DNA of 29,914 bases from a virus (taxonomy: Duplodnaviria > Caudoviricetes), in the IMG/VR virus record IMGVR_UViG_3300025723_000129, positions 1-29,914 of that record, one strand, 5' to 3'. Positions 15,741 to 23,982 of the stretch are shown piece after piece. The position numbers and the translations under genes were made by a program. The notes beneath the pieces were generated by a model. The model did not search any database, was not told where the DNA came from, and saw only the letters and a program-made list of their open reading frames with translations. Position 1 is the first letter of the stretch. Every line of letters begins with the position of its first letter.

Positions 15741-16432
15741 ATATTGGATTCCTTAACTACCTCTTTGACGAATGCTACGTCGGTTGGTAATTTTTTAAAT
15801 TTACTTACCCAAAATGGTGGATCTATAATTTTTTGTACGTGTGCTAATTGTTCATCGCTAAATTTTTGTAGCATAGCTTTACCACTAGTGCTATTTAATA
15901 ACAGCCAAGGACTTATTTTTCCATCTTTAATATCATAACAAGCACGACTTAAACTAGCATATAAGAAATAATGATTCCACTGTGCGTTATGATCATCGGC
16001 CCATGCCATCATCGTTTGGATCGATCTTTGGAGGGCGGTTTCGACGGATTCTCTTCTGATAAGGTCGAAGACGTATTGTTCGTAGAGTTCGTCGCGACAC
16101 CAGTGGTCGAGTTTGACTCCAGACTTGACCACATAGTCGATAAATTTTTCCGGGTAGAGAGGATTAACGTTACTGACAAAACTGCCAAACTTAACAAAAG
16201 CGTTATAGTAACTACTTTTACAAAAATCTTCATAAGTTTTTTCCTGCTTGCTATTAGGTTGGGCTAACTTATAAAACTGCTGAAAAGTATCAAACCCAAG
16301 TATTACATGTTTCTCAGTCTTGGCCATATGCCTGCGTTTTTGTTCGCATACGTGAACAAACAAAGTCTTCTCCTGCATGAAGCCTTTGCCACAATGTCCG
16401 CAAGTATAAGGTTGACTGACCAATGACATCAT
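15737..16432 (-). CDS. Zn-finger-containing conserved protein
   Basis: N-terminal YTCGHCGKGF..LFVHVC (C2H2/C2HC-like); ATGA-coupled within the replication operon. Confidence 0.8.
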   Translation of the reverse strand: MMSLVSQPYTCGHCGKGFMQEKTLFVHVCEQKRRHMAKTEKHVILGFDTFQQFYKLAQPNSKQEKTYEDFCKSSYYNAFVKFGSFVSNVNPLYPEKFIDYVVKSGVKLDHWCRDELYEQYVFDLIRRESVETALQRSIQTMMAWADDHNAQWNHYFLYASLSRACYDIKDGKISPWLLLNSTSGKAMLQKFSDEQLAHVQKIIDPPFWVSKFKKLPTDVAFVKEVVKESNI

Positions 16433-16908
16433 TTTAATAGTTTGGCAATTGTGGCTTCGTCCATGCCATGTTGCCTTGCTAGATCTTTAACTTCTTTATC
16501 GGATGATAATCTACTTAATAATTCAACTTCATCCATCTTTTTGTTTGGGTAAATGTCGGCTAAGAATTTAACTTTTTTAGTATTTGTTCCTGTTTTCTTT
16601 TTATGGCCAATCCATTCATGCCAGAATACTTTTTCGCCATTGTAGCTACACATACACAACAACATCCACATTAATTTAGGATGTTTTTGTAACAAATTCC
16701 AATGTTTATTAAAATACTCGTTGACTGTTAGAACAAAGTGTTCTTGTATTTCTGATTTTTGACCGCCGACATTACTGATATATCTGTTAAGAATAAAAAA
16801 TTCGCTCTTAAGATGTTTTTGCTGTTCGGCGTCCATGGCATCCCATAGCTCACGGATGTTTTGATCAACGGCAGTTAATTTTTCTTTAAGTTCGACTTTT
16901 TCACTCAT
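16429..16908 (-). CDS. Probable clamp-loader small subunit (T4 gp62-like)
   Basis: FFILNRYIS..VNEYFN..WI..KK..FLADIY pattern, size and context resemble gp62; weak, from memory. Confidence 0.5.
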   Translation of the reverse strand: MSEKVELKEKLTAVDQNIRELWDAMDAEQQKHLKSEFFILNRYISNVGGQKSEIQEHFVLTVNEYFNKHWNLLQKHPKLMWMLLCMCSYNGEKVFWHEWIGHKKKTGTNTKKVKFLADIYPNKKMDEVELLSRLSSDKEVKDLARQHGMDEATIAKLLK

Positions 16909-17149
16909 AGCGTTCTTTACTTAGTTTATACAATATTATAACACGATCCAATGCCTTTTGTAAAGCAGGATTGGTTTGTGCTTCTTCAATTACATCCTTC
17001 CAGAAATCATTTATAAAATGTCCATTTACTGGATTATAATCCCACCCGATAGGTGTGCGTGTACTTGGATCTGCGCCCATTTCTCTGGCGTAAGTAACGC
17101 CGTTGGCTTTTTCATAGATATACGTTGCGCCAGGTTTTAGTGAGCCCAT
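16901..17149 (-). CDS. Small hypothetical protein
   Basis: 82 aa, coupled to neighbours; YIYEKANGVTYARE motif. Confidence 0.8.
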   Translation of the reverse strand: MGSLKPGATYIYEKANGVTYAREMGADPSTRTPIGWDYNPVNGHFINDFWKDVIEEAQTNPALQKALDRVIILYKLSKERYE

Positions 17150-17775
17150 TACTCATCCTTTGGTAACAATATAGCATCAAATGCCATAACCGTCCTATGT
17201 CCAGTTCCTTTCCAAGGATAAACTGTATGTGGCAAATAACTTGGAAATACTATCATAGTTCCTGGAGTAGGAGCATATTTCCAAGTATCGTTTAATATAA
17301 ATTTACTAACGTCTTTTGTATGAGGTAATCTAAATAAAATTTTGCTATCGCTAGGCCGACTGCCCTCCATTAATTCAGGAGCACTAATATAGATATTACC
17401 GCTGAGATGGCCGCCTGGATGAGAATGCATTTCTTGATACTGATCAGGCCCCTGGCGTATGGTCCAAATACTTGTAACTTTAGGTTTACAATGTGTTAGA
17501 TCTTCCGAACCACTTTGTTGTGTGATAATTTCCATGTATCCTTGGCAAACACTTTCTAACCAAGTTACTAACCAGTTTACATCTAAATTTAACTCGTTAG
17601 GATATACTTGAATTTGTTGTCCGCCACGAATACTAATTAGTGGATTATTGGCATCGTTTAATTCCGGATGCTGATGTAAGTTTTCTGATAAGGCATAAAT
17701 TTTACTAAACTCAACAGGTGGCACAGTATCAATGGCCAATGTCACTGGTTGAAAATAGGCTACTTTTAATGTCAT
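17149..17775 (-). CDS. 2OG-Fe(II) oxygenase, TIGR02466-like
   Basis: WT..QEMHSH..LSGNIY..PGTMIVFPSYLPHTVYP..RTVMAFD. Confidence 0.88.
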   Translation of the reverse strand: MTLKVAYFQPVTLAIDTVPPVEFSKIYALSENLHQHPELNDANNPLISIRGGQQIQVYPNELNLDVNWLVTWLESVCQGYMEIITQQSGSEDLTHCKPKVTSIWTIRQGPDQYQEMHSHPGGHLSGNIYISAPELMEGSRPSDSKILFRLPHTKDVSKFILNDTWKYAPTPGTMIVFPSYLPHTVYPWKGTGHRTVMAFDAILLPKDE

Positions 17776-18278
17776 AATATTTTATCCAATTGAATGATTT
17801 CACTTTGTCTACTAATTTCTTTTACAAAATATACGCAATCTGGTTTGTCACCGCCTCGTAACGGACTTGCTAATAATTGTCCGTTTTTCATTTTAGGGAA
17901 ATACCACTTAACGTCATTGTAAAAATTTACAATTTCAATCTTTTTAAACTCTACCCTAAACGAACTTAAAGGATTAAAAACCAGTGCCTCAAAACCTCTA
18001 TCATTTAAACTTGTTAAGGGTAAAATTTCAATATCGCTAGCACTTGAACTATCGCCTACTGCTATACTCCAGTCAATCGGCATAGCAATTTCGTCGTCCC
18101 CAATACGCAATACCATAGCTGGAGCATTGAAACTTTCTAAAAATATCAGTGGCATAAAAAAGAAGTCTGGTTCTTGCGGGTTACTATTATCTAGTACCGC
18201 AAATCTTGTATTTTCATCCACTTCATCCGGTAAATTGTTTAATGAAAATGTTTGATTATCTAATGTTAATATATGCAT
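17772..18278 (-). CDS. Conserved hypothetical protein, possible inactive Hint-fold domain
   Basis: 168 aa, all-beta pattern; block A/B/F-like segments without the catalytic Cys/His/Asn (see findings). Confidence 0.6.
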   Translation of the reverse strand: MHILTLDNQTFSLNNLPDEVDENTRFAVLDNSNPQEPDFFFMPLIFLESFNAPAMVLRIGDDEIAMPIDWSIAVGDSSSASDIEILPLTSLNDRGFEALVFNPLSSFRVEFKKIEIVNFYNDVKWYFPKMKNGQLLASPLRGGDKPDCVYFVKEISRQSEIIQLDKIL

Positions 18279-18284
18279 AATTCC

Positions 18285-19754
18285 TTATTTTTGCCAGTCC
18301 ACTTTCTGTAAAGTAAATGGATACTTGGCATCCTTGTAATATTTTTTCCTCGTTGTGAGGTGGCGCTTGGCGAATTTACAGGTCGAAGTTATGTCCCAGA
18401 TTTGTACAAAGTCCTTATCTTCCGCTTTGCGAATACCGCGTCCAATTGACTGTATAACGCGAACAAAGCTCTTTCCGGGCTCAAGAAGAACCAGATTAAA
18501 AATACGAGGGATATTAATACCAACAGCGGCCACACCAAAAGTCGCCACAGTAACCTTGTTATCATTTGTTGCATGTTCTTTGTACTCTTCAGCACGTTTA
18601 GTGCCCTTAACTTCGCCTGATATAAAAACGGCGCCTTCGATCATTTCTGTTAATAATTTTCCTGTATCGATCCTATTAACTAGGATTAATGTATTGCCTG
18701 TCTCTGCTAAGCCTTTGATGAGATTGCTAAAATACGTCATCCTGTCTTTGTTCGTGACAAGATATTTTAATTCTTCTTGATATGTTTTAAATTCTGGTAA
18801 ATCTATCAATTGTAATACGTTTACGTGTAAGTTACTAAGTACACCCATCTCTTGTAATTGGTGTGCTTTAATGCCGCCAACTACTGGACCAATACTGGCA
18901 AAGATAGGTTCTGCTTCAAACGCATCTTTAGGAACAGTTCCAGTTAATCCCCAACGTATAGGTGCGTTACATAAGTTTTGTGTGAGTAAATTCTTCAGCA
19001 CTTCTGCCTTGGCCATGTGTACTTCGTCGACAATAACTGTCTTAACTCCGTCAAGAAACTCAGCTAGTGTGTAAGCAACATTTTCGTCCCAGTTTTTAGA
19101 TTTTTTATCTAAAATGTTTAACGATTGCCAAGTACATATAGTGTGTGTCTTACCTAAATCTTTGCGATCACCATAGTAAACACCTACATCTAATTCAACG
19201 TTAATAAAATCTTCTTCTGTCTGTGTAACTAAATCTTTATTAGGAACAATAGTAATTGTACGACCATATTTTTCAGCACAATGCGCCAATGTTGCTGTCA
19301 TAATAGTTTTACCAGCACCAGTAGCTACTTCTTGTAGTGCTTGTGTGTTAGTGAAAAAGCGGTTAACAACTTCTACTTGGTCATCACGTAACACAATAGG
19401 CTGTCCGGCAAATCTATGACCTTTAGGCCATACTTTACCCATGTCTGCCCAGTAGTTATTTGTAACTTCTTTAAACTCGATTTTACTAGTTGTACGTAAG
19501 TCTTCTAATTCGTCAATATCAATGTCCATGTCTGCAAGTATGCCAAGACACTTTTCTAACTGACTAAGATACCCGTTGCCACCGAGTCCAAACATACTTA
19601 CTTTTCCATCCCAACGACCTAGTTTATAAGCAGGTCTATATCTTGCTGTTGGATCTTCATACTTAAAAGTGTTGGCTAATTTTTTCCGTGCTTCAAGACT
19701 CAAGTTTTCGAACTTGATATTAACTTCGTCGCGAATCACTAATTTTACCGTCAT
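18285..19754 (-). CDS. uvsW: UvsW-like SF2 DNA helicase
   Basis: LRDDQ, ATGAGKT, DEVH, GLTGT, VGINIP, QSIGRGIR; next to UvsX/UvsY genes. Confidence 0.9.
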   Translation of the reverse strand: MTVKLVIRDEVNIKFENLSLEARKKLANTFKYEDPTARYRPAYKLGRWDGKVSMFGLGGNGYLSQLEKCLGILADMDIDIDELEDLRTTSKIEFKEVTNNYWADMGKVWPKGHRFAGQPIVLRDDQVEVVNRFFTNTQALQEVATGAGKTIMTATLAHCAEKYGRTITIVPNKDLVTQTEEDFINVELDVGVYYGDRKDLGKTHTICTWQSLNILDKKSKNWDENVAYTLAEFLDGVKTVIVDEVHMAKAEVLKNLLTQNLCNAPIRWGLTGTVPKDAFEAEPIFASIGPVVGGIKAHQLQEMGVLSNLHVNVLQLIDLPEFKTYQEELKYLVTNKDRMTYFSNLIKGLAETGNTLILVNRIDTGKLLTEMIEGAVFISGEVKGTKRAEEYKEHATNDNKVTVATFGVAAVGINIPRIFNLVLLEPGKSFVRVIQSIGRGIRKAEDKDFVQIWDITSTCKFAKRHLTTRKKYYKDAKYPFTLQKVDWQK

Positions 19755-20947
19755 TGCTTTATTCTTCCAATATCCATTATATTCGGTTCATCTGCCCACT
19801 CGACAATTAAATCACAATAGTTAGAGTATACAGCAGTTTTGCCGTGACGTAAACCCATACGGCTATCTAGGGCAACCACACTCATTGGACGCCATGCGTT
19901 TTTTAGGAAAAATTTCGGTAATTTTCCACTTTGTACACAAGCTACTTTTGTTGTGTCATCTAGTGGATAATTGTACTTTTTTTCTGCGATAAACTGATTG
20001 AATTTTTTTCCAGTGTCGTCGTTGGTCAATCTAAAGTAAATTCCAATATGGTCAAAAATTCCATTTTTTTCTAAGGCATCCGACAAAATTTGTAAATTTT
20101 CAAAATATTTGTTATTGACAAGAGTGTCAAAAACCACTAGTACAGGCAAGCGTTTTAGTTGAATTAGTGTGTCGACAATTTCTGTCATTGAATGCTGATT
20201 TTTATCAACATAGGTTCTTGGCTTGGTTCTGTTAGCTATATTTTCGGTCAAATTTTCACCGAAATTTCGGGGATTTTCCAGGTGGAATTGATACCGTATG
20301 CTACGGTCATTTATGATGTTCTGGTCAATAGAGGTTTCAATACCTAAATCTTCGGTGATGGCCTTTTGAAAGTTCTTGTGCTCAATGTTGTGAAGTAAAA
20401 ATTGCTGTTCGACCTCATTTTTTGACCAAGATTTTATGGTCTCATAATGGGTTTTTATGACATCGTCTATGGTGAAGTTATGTGGTGTTAGTGCTTCGAC
20501 TAAAATTACGATATTTTTCTCAGTTAGGTCAGCGGTGTACAATTTGCTGTTTGACGTGGCAATTAAATTTTCACAATTTTTCGACAAATTTTGTAAAATT
20601 CGGCGAATTTCCGAAGAAAACGTAAATTCTATGAAAAGTGTTAAATCTTGGTTTTCATTTTTTTCTATATAGAATTTTTTTACCTGTTCTATCTGTCTGA
20701 ATGGTTTTGACCAAAAAGGATCGATTAAACAGTCATTTAAATTTTCTGAAATTTTCGACAATTTTTCACTATTTTCTCGAAAAATACGAAGTAGCAGTTT
20801 ACTTTGATTTTCCGTGATAAAATTATGGTTAGTGACCGATGTGCCAAGGCTACGTAACACTCTACTGTCTTTGATAGCGATTACTTCTTCAACAGTAGGT
20901 GATATAGAATTTAAAATTTCAAGTAAAATATTATCAACTGGTATCAT
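19751..20947 (-). CDS. Conserved hypothetical protein (start re-assigned from 20986)
   Basis: Long ORF, ATGA-coupled to uvsW; in-frame ATG at 20947 lies 6 nt after a -10 box. Confidence 0.8.
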   Translation of the reverse strand: MIPVDNILLEILNSISPTVEEVIAIKDSRVLRSLGTSVTNHNFITENQSKLLLRIFRENSEKLSKISENLNDCLIDPFWSKPFRQIEQVKKFYIEKNENQDLTLFIEFTFSSEIRRILQNLSKNCENLIATSNSKLYTADLTEKNIVILVEALTPHNFTIDDVIKTHYETIKSWSKNEVEQQFLLHNIEHKNFQKAITEDLGIETSIDQNIINDRSIRYQFHLENPRNFGENLTENIANRTKPRTYVDKNQHSMTEIVDTLIQLKRLPVLVVFDTLVNNKYFENLQILSDALEKNGIFDHIGIYFRLTNDDTGKKFNQFIAEKKYNYPLDDTTKVACVQSGKLPKFFLKNAWRPMSVVALDSRMGLRHGKTAVYSNYCDLIVEWADEPNIMDIGRIKQ

Positions 20948-20953
20948 ATTGTA

Positions 20954-20982
20954 AGTATACACTAACTTTTTAGTTAAATCAA
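20954..20982 (-). promoter_or_regulatory. Sigma70-type promoter, leaderless transcript
   Basis: TTGATT (20977-20982), N17, TATACT (20954-20959). Confidence 0.75.
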
Positions 20983-20990
20983 CCATTTAG

Positions 20991-21023
20991 AAAAAAATAG
21001 GCCTCAATATTATTTAAGGCCTA
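20991..21023 (-). terminator. Intrinsic terminator after uvsY-like gene
   Basis: Stem TAGGCCT/AGGCCTA (20998-21004/21017-21023) followed by T7 on the - strand. Confidence 0.8.
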
Positions 21024-21047
21024 CGGTCTACCTTTTGGGCGAATTGA

Positions 21048-21503
21048 TTACAAGGTTGCGTCTTCCATGCCTGCGACACGTAATTTTACAATATTTGTAA
21101 TTTGCCATTGTTTCTGGTCAAGTGCTTTAGTAATACCCAACCATTTGTTGCGTAGTAAGGCAAATTCGTTGATAATTTTTTCAAAGTCAACTACATCTGC
21201 CTCACCTTCAACATAACGATGACAATCTTGACTACTTAGAGCACGTTGATAGTTTTCTAAGTACTTGCGAAAATGCTGACTTTTAAGTCTGCGTAATTCA
21301 ATGTTAAGATATTCTAATATTGCCTCGATTTCCTGTAATTGACCAAATCTTTGTTCAACAATGCCAGGCATACTTGCCGCGGCACGTTCAACATTACCGG
21401 TAATTTTACATTCTTTTCTTGCTTCCTCTAATTCTGAATTAAAATATTCAGCCGCATCGGGAATATTAGAAATATCTTTAGCAACGTCAGAATACCAACC
21501 CAT
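21048..21503 (-). CDS. uvsY: UvsY-like recombination mediator
   Basis: 151-aa helical protein; YVEGEADVV and KALDQKQWQITNIVKLRVAG C-terminus; downstream of UvsX. Confidence 0.75.
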   Translation of the reverse strand: MGWYSDVAKDISNIPDAAEYFNSELEEARKECKITGNVERAAASMPGIVEQRFGQLQEIEAILEYLNIELRRLKSQHFRKYLENYQRALSSQDCHRYVEGEADVVDFEKIINEFALLRNKWLGITKALDQKQWQITNIVKLRVAGMEDATL

Positions 21504-21745
21504 TAAAACTCCAATTCGCCGTAATCGTCATCATCTTCTTCGATTTCTTCGTCATCGTTGAGATAATAACCGATTGCTTGGTCAAGTGTTTCGTCTACAC
21601 CTGTTGCAGCTTGAAATACCTTGTCAGATACTCCAAAATCTGCTAATAAATCAACGTAGCGTTCAGCTACAGTCTCTAATTGTTTCTTATCTATGTATTC
21701 AACAAAGTTTAACCAGATATCGCCTACTTGTGTTTCACTCAACAT
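21503..21745 (-). CDS. Small acidic hypothetical protein
   Basis: 80 aa with Asp/Glu-rich tail, coupled between uvsX and uvsY. Confidence 0.8.
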   Translation of the reverse strand: MLSETQVGDIWLNFVEYIDKKQLETVAERYVDLLADFGVSDKVFQAATGVDETLDQAIGYYLNDDEEIEEDDDDYGELEF

Positions 21746-22790
21746 TTTCTTCTGTCTCCTCAGGAATGGTTGTGGTGGTATTTTTTAAATGATAATTTGC
21801 CATTATCATATCTAATTTATCATCTTTCCATTCTTTTCGGTACAATAAGGTTTCTTCACCGGTGGTTGGGTCAACATATTTTAGTCTATTACCTTGTTGA
21901 ACAAGTATGCCTTGCTTCTCAAGCATATCAACCATACCGCTGTAAGGATTCATACCTGTTTCATATGGAATCTTAATTTGTACAGTTTCAAAAGGTTTAC
22001 TGTAACGAGTTTTCATAATCTTACATGATGCACGAATACCCATTACATCTGATACCTTGTTGCCGTCTTCGTCTTCTTTCAACTTTAATTTTTTCATAGC
22101 AACTACAATTGAACTTGCGTAAACAAAGCCCTGCCCGCCTGAAATTTTGTCATCTGGATCAAACATATCTTGACTAGCGTATGTATGGTTAGTACATACC
22201 ATTCCAACATTATAGGATCCAAACATATTAACACAATTACGCACTAGAGCTGTAAGTGCTTTAGGTTTACGACCCATATCGCCTTTCAAGTCTCCCGCTT
22301 CAAACTGGTTGATATCGGTAGGGGTAAGCAACATACCCAATGAGTCTATGACAAATAAGACTTTAGGACGTTCTGTCATTGTTTTGTATTCTGACATAAA
22401 TTCATGAATAGTTTTAGCTACATCATCGATCATTGCCATGTTTAATTTTAGCAATTTGTCTTCGCTAGTATCTACGCCAAGATCTTTCAACCACTTTTCA
22501 TCTAATGCATTTTCGGTATCTACAAGAATAACATAAATTCCTTGTTGTTGTGCGTTACGTACTAGATTGCCCGAACAGATAAAACTTTTACCTGCGCCAG
22601 ATTCGCCAGCAAACACTGTAACTTTTCCTAATGGAATACCTTTGTGGAAATCTCCGCTAATTAGATAGTTAAGCGTATAGTTGCCTGTACTAATCCAATC
22701 TGTAGGATCGTTAAAACCTACACCTAGACCATCAATACTTTTAGTCAAGGTTTTTCTAAATTTCGATAAATCGAATGCCTTTGTGGCCAT
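21735..22790 (-). CDS. uvsX: UvsX/RecA-like recombinase
   Basis: ISTG, GIPLGKV, Walker A GESGAGKS, DTENALD, VIDSLG, TNHTY, SGG, KTR. Confidence 0.95.
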   Translation of the reverse strand: MATKAFDLSKFRKTLTKSIDGLGVGFNDPTDWISTGNYTLNYLISGDFHKGIPLGKVTVFAGESGAGKSFICSGNLVRNAQQQGIYVILVDTENALDEKWLKDLGVDTSEDKLLKLNMAMIDDVAKTIHEFMSEYKTMTERPKVLFVIDSLGMLLTPTDINQFEAGDLKGDMGRKPKALTALVRNCVNMFGSYNVGMVCTNHTYASQDMFDPDDKISGGQGFVYASSIVVAMKKLKLKEDEDGNKVSDVMGIRASCKIMKTRYSKPFETVQIKIPYETGMNPYSGMVDMLEKQGILVQQGNRLKYVDPTTGEETLLYRKEWKDDKLDMIMANYHLKNTTTTIPEETEENVE

Positions 22791-22812
22791 ATAATTCTCC
22801 TAAATAGATAAT

Positions 22813-22843
22813 TAGGGCGTACAACTAAGTTGCAGAGGCCCTA
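22813..22843 (-). other. Intergenic stem-loop between SSB and uvsX
   Basis: TAGGGC/GCCCTA outer stem plus inner stem; no U tract, so possibly a processing or stabilising element. Confidence 0.5.
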
Positions 22844-22848
22844 GCCGT

Positions 22849-23838
22849 TTACGCTTTTTGACGATTACGAATCATTGCCAAGATGTCTTGGGCACGTGAA
22901 TCACCGCCTTCGGTTGCCGCAGGAGCACTTGCTTTTGGAGCAGTTGCTACTTTAGTCACTGGCGCCGGTGTGTCATCTTCATCGATGTCGTCTGCTACAG
23001 GAGCACTTGCTTTAGGAGTTGACTTGTTAGGATCGCCGGTATTTTGGCTCATACCTGCTGGTTTGAAATATTGTCCCCAACGTTCCATGTCATATGGCTC
23101 GCCGTCTACAGAAGCTTCAAACATTTCTTTCATGACTTTCAACTCAACTTCACCTGGCTTCTTAGGTAAGAAGTCTGTCAAATTAAACAAGCCATATTGT
23201 TGAATAGCCGCATTTTCAGCATCGCTCAATGGACGCTCACGACGTGCCCAACTTGAAGTTGAGTAGTCTGCGTAACCACCTTTGCTAGACTTTTTCATAC
23301 GATAGTCTAAACCATGTACGTAGTCAGTTGGCAAATCTTCCAATTCTGGATCGACAAGTGCCGCACGAATTGATGTAAAGATTTGAGGACCAATGATAAA
23401 TCTACGGATTGGATTTTCTGGTTGCTCTTCTGATTTTTCGCCTAGTCCGTCTTCAACAACGAAACCTTGGAAAATGTAAGAACGTTTCTTCCAGTACTTA
23501 CGACCCATATCTTCCAACGCAGGGTCTTTAAACCAACCACGTACTTCTGATAAAATTGGGCAAGTGTCGCCATACATTTCTACGCATGGTACTTGTACTG
23601 TGATGTTTTTGCTTTCTGATTCACCTTTAATGCCTGAGAAAGGCAATTTAATCATTGCTCTCTCAACCCAGAAAAAGGTGTTGTCGGAGTTACCATCTGG
23701 TAAAAATCTAAGTGTAGATTCTCCGCCTTCTTTTAAGTTCCAGAACGGATAAATTGATTTATCTCCGCCTGTACGTTCTCCTGAACCTTTTTGTTCAGAT
23801 GCTTTTAGTTTTGCTCTAATTTCAGCTAAAGTTGCCAT
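22849..23838 (-). CDS. Single-stranded DNA-binding protein (T4 gp32-like)
   Basis: LRFLPD, C..CP, KYWKKRSY, GYADYSTS, acidic/Ala-rich tail; adjacent to UvsX. Confidence 0.88.
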   Translation of the reverse strand: MATLAEIRAKLKASEQKGSGERTGGDKSIYPFWNLKEGGESTLRFLPDGNSDNTFFWVERAMIKLPFSGIKGESESKNITVQVPCVEMYGDTCPILSEVRGWFKDPALEDMGRKYWKKRSYIFQGFVVEDGLGEKSEEQPENPIRRFIIGPQIFTSIRAALVDPELEDLPTDYVHGLDYRMKKSSKGGYADYSTSSWARRERPLSDAENAAIQQYGLFNLTDFLPKKPGEVELKVMKEMFEASVDGEPYDMERWGQYFKPAGMSQNTGDPNKSTPKASAPVADDIDEDDTPAPVTKVATAPKASAPAATEGGDSRAQDILAMIRNRQKA

Positions 23839-23954
23839 AATATTCTCCTATTGTTAGCCTTTATGTGCTTTTTATTTGCCTAATATTGTTCTATGATCTA
23901 CATAAAACAAAAGCGCATACATGTTATTGTATACGCTTTTATTTAGCAGAGCAA
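23839..23954 (-). promoter_or_regulatory. SSB leader: promoter(s), hairpin and A-rich repeats
   Basis: TTGCTC (23949-23954) N17 TACAAT (23926-23931); TAAATA 23940-23945; 13-bp stem 23909-23921/23928-23940; AGGAGA SD. Confidence 0.65.
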
Positions 23955-23982
23955 GAGGAATCTCGCTCTAAATGTGGTATTT

